From: Akkermansia sp.
GTDB lineage: Bacteria > Verrucomicrobiota > Verrucomicrobiia > Verrucomicrobiales > Akkermansiaceae
Reading direction: 5' to 3'
Length of the DNA stretch: 64,000 nucleotides
Assembly (NCBI GenBank): GCA_036644695.1
Contig: JAVXPO010000001.1
Coordinates: 12,776 to 76,775 of the forward strand
A program made the position numbers and the translations under genes. Of this stretch, positions 40,476 through 50,171 are shown one piece after another. The notes under the pieces were generated by a model, which saw only the letters and a list, made by a program, of their open reading frames with translations, made no database searches and had not been told where the DNA came from. Every line of letters starts with the position of its first letter. Position 1 is the stretch's first letter.

Positions 40476-41243
40476 ATGAAAATCATCGCAATCGCAAACC
40501 AAAAAGGAGGCGTTGGCAAGACAACCACAGCCATCAACCTCTCCGCTGCCCTTGCCCTGAGAAAAAAGAAAATCCTGCTTATTGACCTCGACCCTCAAGC
40601 CAATGCCACAAGCGGACTAGGCATTGACGCCCCAGAAGACAAAAGTCTCTATCAAGCTCTATTAGGTAAAGGATCTGTCCGTGATAGCATCATGCCCTCA
40701 GGGCGCAAAAACCTAGACATCATCCCCTCCAACATGGATCTATCTGGTGTCGAAATCGAGCTTGCCCAGTCAGGCAACCACCTCACCCGCCTAAGAAACA
40801 CGCTTGCCCCCTTAAAAAGCGAAAACGATTACGACTTTTGCATCTTGGACACCCCTCCATCACTAGGTGTCCTCATGACATCTTCTCTCGCTGCATGTGA
40901 TGAAGTCCTCACACCACTACAATGTGAATGGTTTGGGCTAGAAGGACTAGCAAAAATCATCCACGTCATCTCACAAATCTGTCTCTCAGGTGCCAACCCA
41001 ACCCTTAAACACGAGGGAGTCCTCATGACTATGTACGACGGACGCACCAATCTCTCGCGACAAGTCTTTGATCAAGTCAAAGAATACATGCCAGAAACAC
41101 TCTACACAACAGTCATCCCGCGCTCCATCCGACTAGGGGAAGCCCCAAGCTTCGGGCGCACAATCTTCGAACACGACCCCAACGGCTCAGCCTCCCAAGC
41201 CTATATGGCAGCAGCCAAACTATTCATCAAACGCCACAAATAA
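40476..41243 (+). CDS. parA: ParA/Soj family ATPase
   Basis: [31 protein letters not shown]. Confidence 0.95.
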   Translation: MKIIAIANQKGGVGKTTTAINLSAALALRKKKILLIDLDPQANATSGLGIDAPEDKSLYQALLGKGSVRDSIMPSGRKNLDIIPSNMDLSGVEIELAQSGNHLTRLRNTLAPLKSENDYDFCILDTPPSLGVLMTSSLAACDEVLTPLQCEWFGLEGLAKIIHVISQICLSGANPTLKHEGVLMTMYDGRTNLSRQVFDQVKEYMPETLYTTVIPRSIRLGEAPSFGRTIFEHDPNGSASQAYMAAAKLFIKRHK

Positions 41244-41270
41244 TACCGCTCTCAACCAACATCTCCACTT

Positions 41271-43814
41271 ATGAAAAAATCCCTCTTAAAAACAATACTC
41301 TCCTTTGCCGTAGCTCCAGCTTTAGCGGCATTAACCGTATTGATTGCATTATTTATCAATGGAATTTATCCCTTTGGTGCTGAAACATTCTATCATTGGG
41401 ATAATGGAATACAAATAGCTCCATTCTATGCTCACTTATATGATATTATATCAGGTCAGGGGGAGGGGGGGGCTTTTTATAGTTTAGAGGCAGGAGGAAT
41501 GCCAATAACTGGCGCCTATCATATACAAGCATTATTATTCCCCTCTACTTGGATTATTTTCCTTACAGGAAAAGAAATGATGGTCGAAAATCTCTCATGG
41601 GTAATTGTTGGAATTGCATCATTAACTTCCTTTATCTATTTTTATGTAGCTCACAAAAAATTAGATGTATTTTGGCAAATTACATTCAGTTATCTATATG
41701 CAATTAGCGGATATATTCTCTGCAAGCATCAATTTATCAATTTTTTAAATTTCATGATTATTTTTCCGCTTATAGCATTAGGATTTCAGCAATTATGTAA
41801 ATTTAGGAAGTACCTTCTTCTTTTCATCACTCTTTTCATATCATTAGTATCTTGGTATTACATGACATTTCCTATCCTCTTAACTACTACTATCGGGATA
41901 GGGTTATACGCTTTCCTTTTTCTTTCTGGAACGGAAAGGAAAAAAATTATTTTGCTTTACTCAATTGTTGTGTCATCAGCAATCATTCTCTCATCGTTCT
42001 CATGGGCTCCTACTATTTCTCTAACTATGAATTCTGTTAGATGTGGTTTACCTATTCCATACTTACATGAGTGTGTTCGATTCATAAAGTCACCTAGTTT
42101 AACTGAAAATATTTTTAATATTTATGCAGGAGCTATCTGTTTAGTTATTATAGCAAGCGTAAAATTTTCAAAAATAGAAAATAAACAATTGATTTTATTC
42201 GGGGCAATATTAGCATTTCTCTTGCTTCCATTATTAATTTATCCGTCTTTTCTTGTTTTTCATGGAGGAAGCTATGTTTGTTATCCTTTTCGATATGCAT
42301 ATATTCCAACATTTATTATATTAATTTGTTGTGCGTTTATTATAGAGAAGAAATATATTAAACAAAACATCATATTTTCATCGCCCAAATTCAATATTTT
42401 TATTCGATTATTTTCCATTACATTATTATTAACTTCAATCATTGGATTAATTATTTTGTATTCTCATAATAATATTCCTAAAGGCAGAAGTATTTTGGGG
42501 ATTCTATTTTTTATTGGATCTTTTATTTTTTATTTAACTATTGATCTAAAAAACCGAAAAAGCACATTCCTTTATATTATTATGGGAATTTTTATTTTTT
42601 TAGAAGGAACAATTTTTTTCATGTGTCGTGTTCCAGAACTCTCTCCTTTACCAGAAAAATTACGAACACTTGAATTTAAACACGCAGAACAAATCGTAAA
42701 AGGAGGAATTTACTCATCATATCCATTATCTAGAATAAAAAATAAATATGCTGCCTTACCTTATAACTTTTCCTTACTAACAAAAATCCCATCTCTTGAA
42801 TCTTATACACATACCACTAGTAAAAAACATCAAGATTTCCTTGTTTCACTGGGTTACGACCGCCAGTATACCCTTACACGAGAAGAGGGAGGCACCATGT
42901 TTACTGATGCACTTTTTGCCGTTACTACTATATTTACTAGTGATCAATTAAATCCTAAGTTTTACGAATACTCACAAACACTTGATCAAGATTTTTATAT
43001 CTATCGTCAAAAGATAACACTTCCTTGGGGAATTATTGTACCTGATTCAGCAATTGGGATAAATATCTCTCATGAGACTAATCCTTTTAATGCGCAAAAC
43101 ATATTATTTTCAACTCTATCCGAAAATAAAACTCTTCTCTTTTCTACATACTCTGAAACCAATGAGGATCAGTCCATGTATTATATGTGGCCTCTCCTAT
43201 TTGATAAACATCCTTTGTATAGACAAAGCTATGGTTCCAGCAAAAATGGAATACGAGAGTTAACTCAAGCGGAAGCTAAGCAATACTCTCATCATCCTGA
43301 TGTTTTATCTGGTAAGCATTCTCTGATGCAGATCAATATGCCTCTTTTTGAGCAATTTGCTCGGGATCATGCGAACGATCAAGTTCATTTCCGTGGGGAT
43401 GGACGATATTTTCAGATGAGTATTCTTAATTCAGCAGGATTGGGGAAAGCTGTTTTGGTTCCTCTTATCTTTTATCCTGGGTGGGAGGCTACCATTAATG
43501 GCAACGATGTTCCTGTTGAAAAAATTGGGGAGTTGATTGCCATTCGTCTTGAACCCGGGAATAATGAAATTACCTTAACATATTGGCCTCCTTTGCTTCG
43601 TGGGAGCCTTATCGTTTGTGGTATCTTTTTAGCTCTTTTGTTGGGAACCATGTACCTGTATAAAAAACGTCCAAATCTCACCTTATGGTCTAAAGTCATG
43701 CTCCCCTCTCTTAAATTATCTAATATTTTATTCTGGTGTTCGTTCTGGGGTATTTTATTTATCATTTTTATTTTTGCACCCCTTTACGTCCTTATCTATA
43801 ATCTCGTACGATAA
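41271..43814 (+). CDS. YfhO-family (GT-C-like) polytopic membrane protein, copy 1
   Basis: GIYPFG...D..Q..PFY N-terminus, about 12 TMs, YPFRY motif, C-terminal PGWEATING...LIAIRLEPGNNEITLTYWPP; AT-rich. Confidence 0.85.
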   Translation: MKKSLLKTILSFAVAPALAALTVLIALFINGIYPFGAETFYHWDNGIQIAPFYAHLYDIISGQGEGGAFYSLEAGGMPITGAYHIQALLFPSTWIIFLTGKEMMVENLSWVIVGIASLTSFIYFYVAHKKLDVFWQITFSYLYAISGYILCKHQFINFLNFMIIFPLIALGFQQLCKFRKYLLLFITLFISLVSWYYMTFPILLTTTIGIGLYAFLFLSGTERKKIILLYSIVVSSAIILSSFSWAPTISLTMNSVRCGLPIPYLHECVRFIKSPSLTENIFNIYAGAICLVIIASVKFSKIENKQLILFGAILAFLLLPLLIYPSFLVFHGGSYVCYPFRYAYIPTFIILICCAFIIEKKYIKQNIIFSSPKFNIFIRLFSITLLLTSIIGLIILYSHNNIPKGRSILGILFFIGSFIFYLTIDLKNRKSTFLYIIMGIFIFLEGTIFFMCRVPELSPLPEKLRTLEFKHAEQIVKGGIYSSYPLSRIKNKYAALPYNFSLLTKIPSLESYTHTTSKKHQDFLVSLGYDRQYTLTREEGGTMFTDALFAVTTIFTSDQLNPKFYEYSQTLDQDFYIYRQKITLPWGIIVPDSAIGINISHETNPFNAQNILFSTLSENKTLLFSTYSETNEDQSMYYMWPLLFDKHPLYRQSYGSSKNGIRELTQAEAKQYSHHPDVLSGKHSLMQINMPLFEQFARDHANDQVHFRGDGRYFQMSILNSAGLGKAVLVPLIFYPGWEATINGNDVPVEKIGELIAIRLEPGNNEITLTYWPPLLRGSLIVCGIFLALLLGTMYLYKKRPNLTLWSKVMLPSLKLSNILFWCSFWGILFIIFIFAPLYVLIYNLVR

Positions 43815-43816
43815 TT
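41475..43816 (+). repeat. 2342-bp direct repeat, copy 1
   Basis: Matches 44022..46363 at every segment compared; shadow ORFs recur unchanged at +2547 (41852/44399, 43072/45619, 43472/46019). Confidence 0.95.
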
Positions 43817-43820
43817 CATT

Positions 43821-46361
43821 ATGAAAAAATCACTATTAAAAACAATATTCTCCTTTGCCGCAGCTCCAGCTTTAGCGGCATTAACCGTATTGATTGCATT
43901 CTATATCAATGGAGTCTATCCCTTTGGAGCTGAAACCCTCTATTTCATGGATAATGGGATACTGCTTGTTCCATTTTATTCCCACTTATACGATCTTTTA
44001 TCCGGTCAAGGTGGATCCTTCTTTTATAGTTTAGAGGCAGGAGGAATGCCAATAACTGGCGCCTATCATATACAAGCATTATTATTCCCCTCTACTTGGA
44101 TTATTTTCCTTACAGGAAAAGAAATGATGGTCGAAAATCTCTCATGGGTAATTGTTGGAATTGCATCATTAACTTCCTTTATCTATTTTTATGTAGCTCA
44201 CAAAAAATTAGATGTATTTTGGCAAATTACATTCAGTTATCTATATGCAATTAGCGGATATATTCTCTGCAAGCATCAATTTATCAATTTTTTAAATTTC
44301 ATGATTATTTTTCCGCTTATAGCATTAGGATTTCAGCAATTATGTAAATTTAGGAAGTACCTTCTTCTTTTCATCACTCTTTTCATATCATTAGTATCTT
44401 GGTATTACATGACATTTCCTATCCTCTTAACTACTACTATCGGGATAGGGTTATACGCTTTCCTTTTTCTTTCTGGAACGGAAAGGAAAAAAATTATTTT
44501 GCTTTACTCAATTGTTGTGTCATCAGCAATCATTCTCTCATCGTTCTCATGGGCTCCTACTATTTCTCTAACTATGAATTCTGTTAGATGTGGTTTACCT
44601 ATTCCATACTTACATGAGTGTGTTCGATTCATAAAGTCACCTAGTTTAACTGAAAATATTTTTAATATTTATGCAGGAGCTATCTGTTTAGTTATTATAG
44701 CAAGCGTAAAATTTTCAAAAATAGAAAATAAACAATTGATTTTATTCGGGGCAATATTAGCATTTCTCTTGCTTCCATTATTAATTTATCCGTCTTTTCT
44801 TGTTTTTCATGGAGGAAGCTATGTTTGTTATCCTTTTCGATATGCATATATTCCAACATTTATTATATTAATTTGTTGTGCGTTTATTATAGAGAAGAAA
44901 TATATTAAACAAAACATCATATTTTCATCGCCCAAATTCAATATTTTTATTCGATTATTTTCCATTACATTATTATTAACTTCAATCATTGGATTAATTA
45001 TTTTGTATTCTCATAATAATATTCCTAAAGGCAGAAGTATTTTGGGGATTCTATTTTTTATTGGATCTTTTATTTTTTATTTAACTATTGATCTAAAAAA
45101 CCGAAAAAGCACATTCCTTTATATTATTATGGGAATTTTTATTTTTTTAGAAGGAACAATTTTTTTCATGTGTCGTGTTCCAGAACTCTCTCCTTTACCA
45201 GAAAAATTACGAACACTTGAATTTAAACACGCAGAACAAATCGTAAAAGGAGGAATTTACTCATCATATCCATTATCTAGAATAAAAAATAAATATGCTG
45301 CCTTACCTTATAACTTTTCCTTACTAACAAAAATCCCATCTCTTGAATCTTATACACATACCACTAGTAAAAAACATCAAGATTTCCTTGTTTCACTGGG
45401 TTACGACCGCCAGTATACCCTTACACGAGAAGAGGGAGGCACCATGTTTACTGATGCACTTTTTGCCGTTACTACTATATTTACTAGTGATCAATTAAAT
45501 CCTAAGTTTTACGAATACTCACAAACACTTGATCAAGATTTTTATATCTATCGTCAAAAGATAACACTTCCTTGGGGAATTATTGTACCTGATTCAGCAA
45601 TTGGGATAAATATCTCTCATGAGACTAATCCTTTTAATGCGCAAAACATATTATTTTCAACTCTATCCGAAAATAAAACTCTTCTCTTTTCTACATACTC
45701 TGAAACCAATGAGGATCAGTCCATGTATTATATGTGGCCTCTCCTATTTGATAAACATCCTTTGTATAGACAAAGCTATGGTTCCAGCAAAAATGGAATA
45801 CGAGAGTTAACTCAAGCGGAAGCTAAGCAATACTCTCATCATCCTGATGTTTTATCTGGTAAGCATTCTCTGATGCAGATCAATATGCCTCTTTTTGAGC
45901 AATTTGCTCGGGATCATGCGAACGATCAAGTTCATTTCCGTGGGGATGGACGATATTTTCAGATGAGTATTCTTAATTCAGCAGGATTGGGGAAAGCTGT
46001 TTTGGTTCCTCTTATCTTTTATCCTGGGTGGGAGGCTACCATTAATGGCAACGATGTTCCTGTTGAAAAAATTGGGGAGTTGATTGCCATTCGTCTTGAA
46101 CCCGGGAATAATGAAATTACCTTAACATATTGGCCTCCTTTGCTTCGTGGGAGCCTTATCGTTTGTGGTATCTTTTTAGCTCTTTTGTTGGGAACCATGT
46201 ACCTGTATAAAAAACGTCCAAATCTCACCTTATGGTCTAAAGTCATGCTCCCCTCTCTTAAATTATCTAATATTTTATTCTGGTGTTCGTTCTGGGGTAT
46301 TTTATTTATCATTTTTATTTTTGCACCCCTTTACGTCCTTATCTATAATCTCGTACGATAA
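43821..46361 (+). CDS. YfhO-family (GT-C-like) polytopic membrane protein, copy 2
   Basis: Protein identical to copy 1 from FYSLEAGG onward; first ~67 aa diverged. Confidence 0.85.
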   Translation: MKKSLLKTIFSFAAAPALAALTVLIAFYINGVYPFGAETLYFMDNGILLVPFYSHLYDLLSGQGGSFFYSLEAGGMPITGAYHIQALLFPSTWIIFLTGKEMMVENLSWVIVGIASLTSFIYFYVAHKKLDVFWQITFSYLYAISGYILCKHQFINFLNFMIIFPLIALGFQQLCKFRKYLLLFITLFISLVSWYYMTFPILLTTTIGIGLYAFLFLSGTERKKIILLYSIVVSSAIILSSFSWAPTISLTMNSVRCGLPIPYLHECVRFIKSPSLTENIFNIYAGAICLVIIASVKFSKIENKQLILFGAILAFLLLPLLIYPSFLVFHGGSYVCYPFRYAYIPTFIILICCAFIIEKKYIKQNIIFSSPKFNIFIRLFSITLLLTSIIGLIILYSHNNIPKGRSILGILFFIGSFIFYLTIDLKNRKSTFLYIIMGIFIFLEGTIFFMCRVPELSPLPEKLRTLEFKHAEQIVKGGIYSSYPLSRIKNKYAALPYNFSLLTKIPSLESYTHTTSKKHQDFLVSLGYDRQYTLTREEGGTMFTDALFAVTTIFTSDQLNPKFYEYSQTLDQDFYIYRQKITLPWGIIVPDSAIGINISHETNPFNAQNILFSTLSENKTLLFSTYSETNEDQSMYYMWPLLFDKHPLYRQSYGSSKNGIRELTQAEAKQYSHHPDVLSGKHSLMQINMPLFEQFARDHANDQVHFRGDGRYFQMSILNSAGLGKAVLVPLIFYPGWEATINGNDVPVEKIGELIAIRLEPGNNEITLTYWPPLLRGSLIVCGIFLALLLGTMYLYKKRPNLTLWSKVMLPSLKLSNILFWCSFWGILFIIFIFAPLYVLIYNLVR

Positions 46362-46363
46362 TT
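44022..46363 (+). repeat. 2342-bp direct repeat, copy 2
   Basis: See copy 1; period 2547 bp. Confidence 0.95.
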
Positions 46364-46469
46364 GAGATGAGGCAGTGTTATTATTTTTGACATAAAGCCC
46401 TTTTGTCGGATGGACAAGGGGCTTGGGATGACTTATTCTCCCTTTGTTTTAACACTTCCCTCTTTTTTG

Positions 46470-47909
46470 ATGATGCTTCCTCAATTATTATGTACTATTG
46501 GAGCAGTCGTTTTGCTTTCGGCTGGGCAAGCTTTTGGCTGGCAAGCCTCTCGTGAGGCTGTGCCTATGCCACAGCAGGAGTTTCGCGCTGCTTGGATTGC
46601 CTCTGTTCATAATCTTGATTGGCCATCCAGGGCAGGACTTTCTGCGGGAGCGCAACAAGCGGAGCTTATACGCATTTTGAATACTTGTGCTCAATTGCAT
46701 ATCAATGCCATTTTACTCCAAGTTCGCCCCAACTCCGATGCCTTGTATCGATCTTCTATTGAACCTTGGAGTCAATGGCTCTCGGGTGCTGGCGTCAATC
46801 CTGGCTACGATCCTCTAGCATTTGCTGTTGCTCAAGCTCATCTTCGTGGGTTAGAACTACACGCATGGCTCAACCCCTTCCGAGCTAAGGCAAATGTCAA
46901 TCATCCCGTCGGAGCTAGACATATTTCCCTCACTCATCCCGAAGCAATGAAACGTGCAGGGTCTGTTCTGATTGCAGATCCAGGCATGTCAAGCTCACGC
47001 AATCAAATCCTCAACGTTATTTCTGATATTGTTTCAAGATATGATGTCGATGGCATTCATCTCGACGATTATTTTTATCCCTATCCGCCAGCTGTACTTC
47101 GAGACGGCAAGTCTTCCTCACAACGTCGTGCTTATATCGACTCTTTTGTTGAGGATATGTATGATCTTGTTAAGTCAAAAAAGCCATGGGTTCGAGTTGG
47201 GATTAGTCCCTTTGGTATTTGGCGTCCAGGAGTCCCTGCTGGGATTGAGGCAGGTGTTGATGCTTACGAACATCTTGCCTGCGATGCTCGCAAATGGCTG
47301 TCTAAAGGTTGGGTAGATTACCTAGCTCCCCAGCTCTATTGGAGGTGCTCGCCACAAAAGCAAAGCTTCCCTGCACTCATGCAATGGTGGGCAGCTCAAA
47401 ATCCAAGTCGTCCAATTTGGCCAGGTATTGCTACTGCACGTATTCAAAGTTCTGAAGACCCAGGCAGAACGTCCTCGGAGATTGATCGTCAGGTCGCTTT
47501 TTCTCGTAGCCTTGCGCGTACTTATCCTGGTCAATGTTTTTGGAGTGTCAAATCGATCATGCAAAATAAGGGGGATATTAAGAATCATCTCCAACAGCTC
47601 TATTCGGGTGCCGCCGTCCCCCCACCAATGCCTTGGTGTGGTACTGATACACCTGGTAAACCTTCGTTAACTGCCAATAGTAGTAGCAATGGTGGTATTT
47701 TCATGCAATGGAGTTCATCTGGAGAACCCTCTCGCAAATGGGTCATCCAGGCACGCTACGGTTCTCGTTGGGGGACTTTGTGTATCTTGCCAGGACAGCA
47801 GACGAAATTGAGTCTACCCGGCTCTTTTATCGGCGATGCCGATGCTATCTCTGTCCGTGGCATTTCGCCCTTTGGCTCCATCAGTGAGGCAGCTACAGTC
47901 ACTCGATAA
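46470..47909 (+). CDS. Glycoside hydrolase, GHL10/UPF0748 (YddW/DigH-like) family
   Basis: EFRAAWIASVHNLDWP, ELHAWLNPFR, DGIHLDDYFYPY, DYLAPQLYW; likely start ~46470 with signal peptide. Confidence 0.9.
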   Translation: MMLPQLLCTIGAVVLLSAGQAFGWQASREAVPMPQQEFRAAWIASVHNLDWPSRAGLSAGAQQAELIRILNTCAQLHINAILLQVRPNSDALYRSSIEPWSQWLSGAGVNPGYDPLAFAVAQAHLRGLELHAWLNPFRAKANVNHPVGARHISLTHPEAMKRAGSVLIADPGMSSSRNQILNVISDIVSRYDVDGIHLDDYFYPYPPAVLRDGKSSSQRRAYIDSFVEDMYDLVKSKKPWVRVGISPFGIWRPGVPAGIEAGVDAYEHLACDARKWLSKGWVDYLAPQLYWRCSPQKQSFPALMQWWAAQNPSRPIWPGIATARIQSSEDPGRTSSEIDRQVAFSRSLARTYPGQCFWSVKSIMQNKGDIKNHLQQLYSGAAVPPPMPWCGTDTPGKPSLTANSSSNGGIFMQWSSSGEPSRKWVIQARYGSRWGTLCILPGQQTKLSLPGSFIGDADAISVRGISPFGSISEAATVTR

Positions 47910-48006
47910 AAGCTAGATAAGGCGGCTCTGCGTCAGATTTCTCCAACAAATCATCATCCAAATATCAAATACGGTTCAGGCGGGAACCTGATGCATCGCC
48001 TTCGGC

Positions 48007-48029
48007 TAATGCAACACGTTCTCCTCCAG
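48007..48029 (+). repeat. Dispersed repeat, copy 2
   Basis: TAATGCAACACGTTCTCCTCCAG, 20/23 identical to the 15912..15934 minus strand. Confidence 0.65.
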
Positions 48030-48073
48030 ACACCACCCCACCATTCATCTACAAGACTCTATCTAGTAGCCGA

Positions 48074-48598
48074 TTACACAGGCTCAATATATTCAGCTTG
48101 GCTTCTTTTTTTGAGCAATGAGAAGACATTTGCAGGCACATATCGTTCGACTTGATCCTCCCATCCGTGAGGACCGATAAGCCCCTTAATCATGCTTGAG
48201 GAGAGCTCTGCGATATCGCGTGGGGGCATCAAAAAGATCGATGATACATGAGGTGCCATATCTGCATTGATGTGACGCATGACACGTTCGTATTCATAAT
48301 CCTGCGTCGAGCGGATACCACGGATCATGAAGGAGGCACCATGCTCTTCTGCAAAATCAACGAGGAATCGATTGTGAAACTCACAAATTCGAATATGGGT
48401 ATCTTCTTTGAGAGCCTCAGATAACATCCATAAGCGTTCCTCATGAGAAAAGGTATACTTTTTATCGGGATTATCGCCAATCGCAACAATTAATTCATCA
48501 AACATGGCTGCCCCTTGTCGAATCATCCACAAATGCCCATTCGTTAATGGGTCAAAACTACCTGCATACACTGCCGTGCGCTTCATATCAAAGGACAT
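48074..48598 (-). CDS. coaD: Phosphopantetheine adenylyltransferase
   Basis: [32 protein letters not shown]. Confidence 0.97.
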   Translation of the reverse strand: MSFDMKRTAVYAGSFDPLTNGHLWMIRQGAAMFDELIVAIGDNPDKKYTFSHEERLWMLSEALKEDTHIRICEFHNRFLVDFAEEHGASFMIRGIRSTQDYEYERVMRHINADMAPHVSSIFLMPPRDIAELSSSMIKGLIGPHGWEDQVERYVPANVFSLLKKRSQAEYIEPV

Positions 48599-48636
48599 AG
48601 CTTATCAGACAACGCATGTCCAAAATAAAAACTCCA

Positions 48637-49611
48637 TTAGGGCAACAAATCAGGACAAACTTGCTGAGTAGTCTTAAAATGCAATTTAGCAACCTTATCT
48701 AACATATCGACACCATGAACGCGAATAAACTCACGCCCTGCAGTCACCACTTGCTTGGATGCACCCAAGGGCAGTTTCACTTTGCCTGCTGTCGATGCCT
48801 CATCCATCCAGTTCACAAATCGTTCTCGCGCGAGAATAGAAGCAGCAGCAACGGCAACATCACTCTCTGCTTTAGTTCGTTGATCTAATTGAATCGTTAA
48901 CTTTTTTTGAGCTAAGGCACGTTTTAAGACCGATGCATGGGCAAATTGGTCGCTCAACGAGCGTGGGCAATCAGGCACCTTCTCTAGCAAACCCTCAATG
49001 ACTCGCGTATGCCCCCATGCCAGCAAGTGGTTTAGATTGCGGAAAGACGCATACATTTCATTATACCGTTCTGGTCCGATACTAACAATCTGATAGGCAA
49101 CTCCAGGGGTAGATCTAATACCAGCCGCCAATCGTCTAATTTGGCTAGAGTTTGACACTAATTTACTATCACAGACACCAATCTTAATAAGTGCCTTAGC
49201 AATCATTTCATCGGTATAGACCCCAGCAATAACGAGCGGACCAAAATAATCCCCCTTTCCACTCTCATCAATTCCAAAATGAGGTGAGAATTCTCCCCTC
49301 TTCATTCCAGCTATTGTATTAATATTCTGTACTTGAGTATCGTCAGAGACCTCTTGTTGCTCTGAAAAACGATCAAACATGCTTTGACCTAGAATTTCTG
49401 GCTCAAGCGTAAATTCAATAAATTCTGCTGCATTTTTCCCCTGAAGCATCAATTTATTTTGCTTCTCATACACAGTCACGCTCAATCCTGGAGCTTTATA
49501 AGAGTATTGAGAATAAGGGACAGATTTTGTCTCATATCCTTTAGCATCAAGCAGTAGTTGTAACGAATGAACCTGTTCATCGGTCAATAAAAAGATAAGG
49601 GGAGAAGTCAT
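48637..49611 (-). CDS. rnhC: Ribonuclease HIII
   Basis: TBP-like N-domain, then GIDESGKGDYFGPLV, DSK, DQFA, VAAASILAR; likely start MTSPLI at 49611. Confidence 0.95.
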   Translation of the reverse strand: MTSPLIFLLTDEQVHSLQLLLDAKGYETKSVPYSQYSYKAPGLSVTVYEKQNKLMLQGKNAAEFIEFTLEPEILGQSMFDRFSEQQEVSDDTQVQNINTIAGMKRGEFSPHFGIDESGKGDYFGPLVIAGVYTDEMIAKALIKIGVCDSKLVSNSSQIRRLAAGIRSTPGVAYQIVSIGPERYNEMYASFRNLNHLLAWGHTRVIEGLLEKVPDCPRSLSDQFAHASVLKRALAQKKLTIQLDQRTKAESDVAVAAASILARERFVNWMDEASTAGKVKLPLGASKQVVTAGREFIRVHGVDMLDKVAKLHFKTTQQVCPDLLP

Positions 49612-49811
49612 AAAAAAGCAATACTTGATGTGGTTAACAAAAGAAAACATATCGGGTGTTAAATCTTGTCAAATGTCAAGAAAATCATCATTTTTAGATC
49701 ATATTTCCCAGGAAATCACCATCATGCCACAATTGTTGATTTTTTTGAGAGACAACAACCCCGCAAGTGGGCTATAGAAAGTGCATTCCGAATAATTTAT
49801 TACGAAATATT

Positions 49812-50108
49812 ATGGCTAACACACTTACAAAACGCGACCTGGTCAATAAGATCAGCGCAGAAACAGACCTCACACAAACAGAAGTTTTCGACGTGATTCA
49901 ACGCGCCGTTGATATTATTTCTGAAACGTTGGCCACTGGCGATCGCGTCGTTATCCGCAACTTCGGCACATTTCACGTCAAAGAAGTGAAAGCTAAAGTT
50001 GGACGCAACCCAAAAAATCCAGACAAAGACGTACCCATCCCTGCACGTTCCGTCGTTAAATTCAAGGTTGGCAAAGACCTGAAGGACAATGTTGCCAAGA
50101 TCAAGTAA
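49812..50108 (+). CDS. HU/IHF family DNA-binding protein
   Basis: LTKRDLV...RNFGTFHVKEVKAKVGRNPK...KFKVGKDLK; start MANTLT at 49812. Confidence 0.95.
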   Translation: MANTLTKRDLVNKISAETDLTQTEVFDVIQRAVDIISETLATGDRVVIRNFGTFHVKEVKAKVGRNPKNPDKDVPIPARSVVKFKVGKDLKDNVAKIK

Positions 50109-50130
50109 AGAGATTTACTAATCCCATCAT

Positions 50131-50171
50131 TAACGGCATCTTGCTTGAAGGCTTGATGCCGTTATTTTTTT
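50131..50171 (+). terminator. Intrinsic terminator
   Basis: TAACGGCATC...GATGCCGTTA followed by a T-run. Confidence 0.7.

Noticed and set aside
47920-47991. Group II intron domain V-like ACGGTTC
   Set aside because: No matching GAGCCG 5' arm at the right spacing on the same strand, no domain VI, no RT gene.
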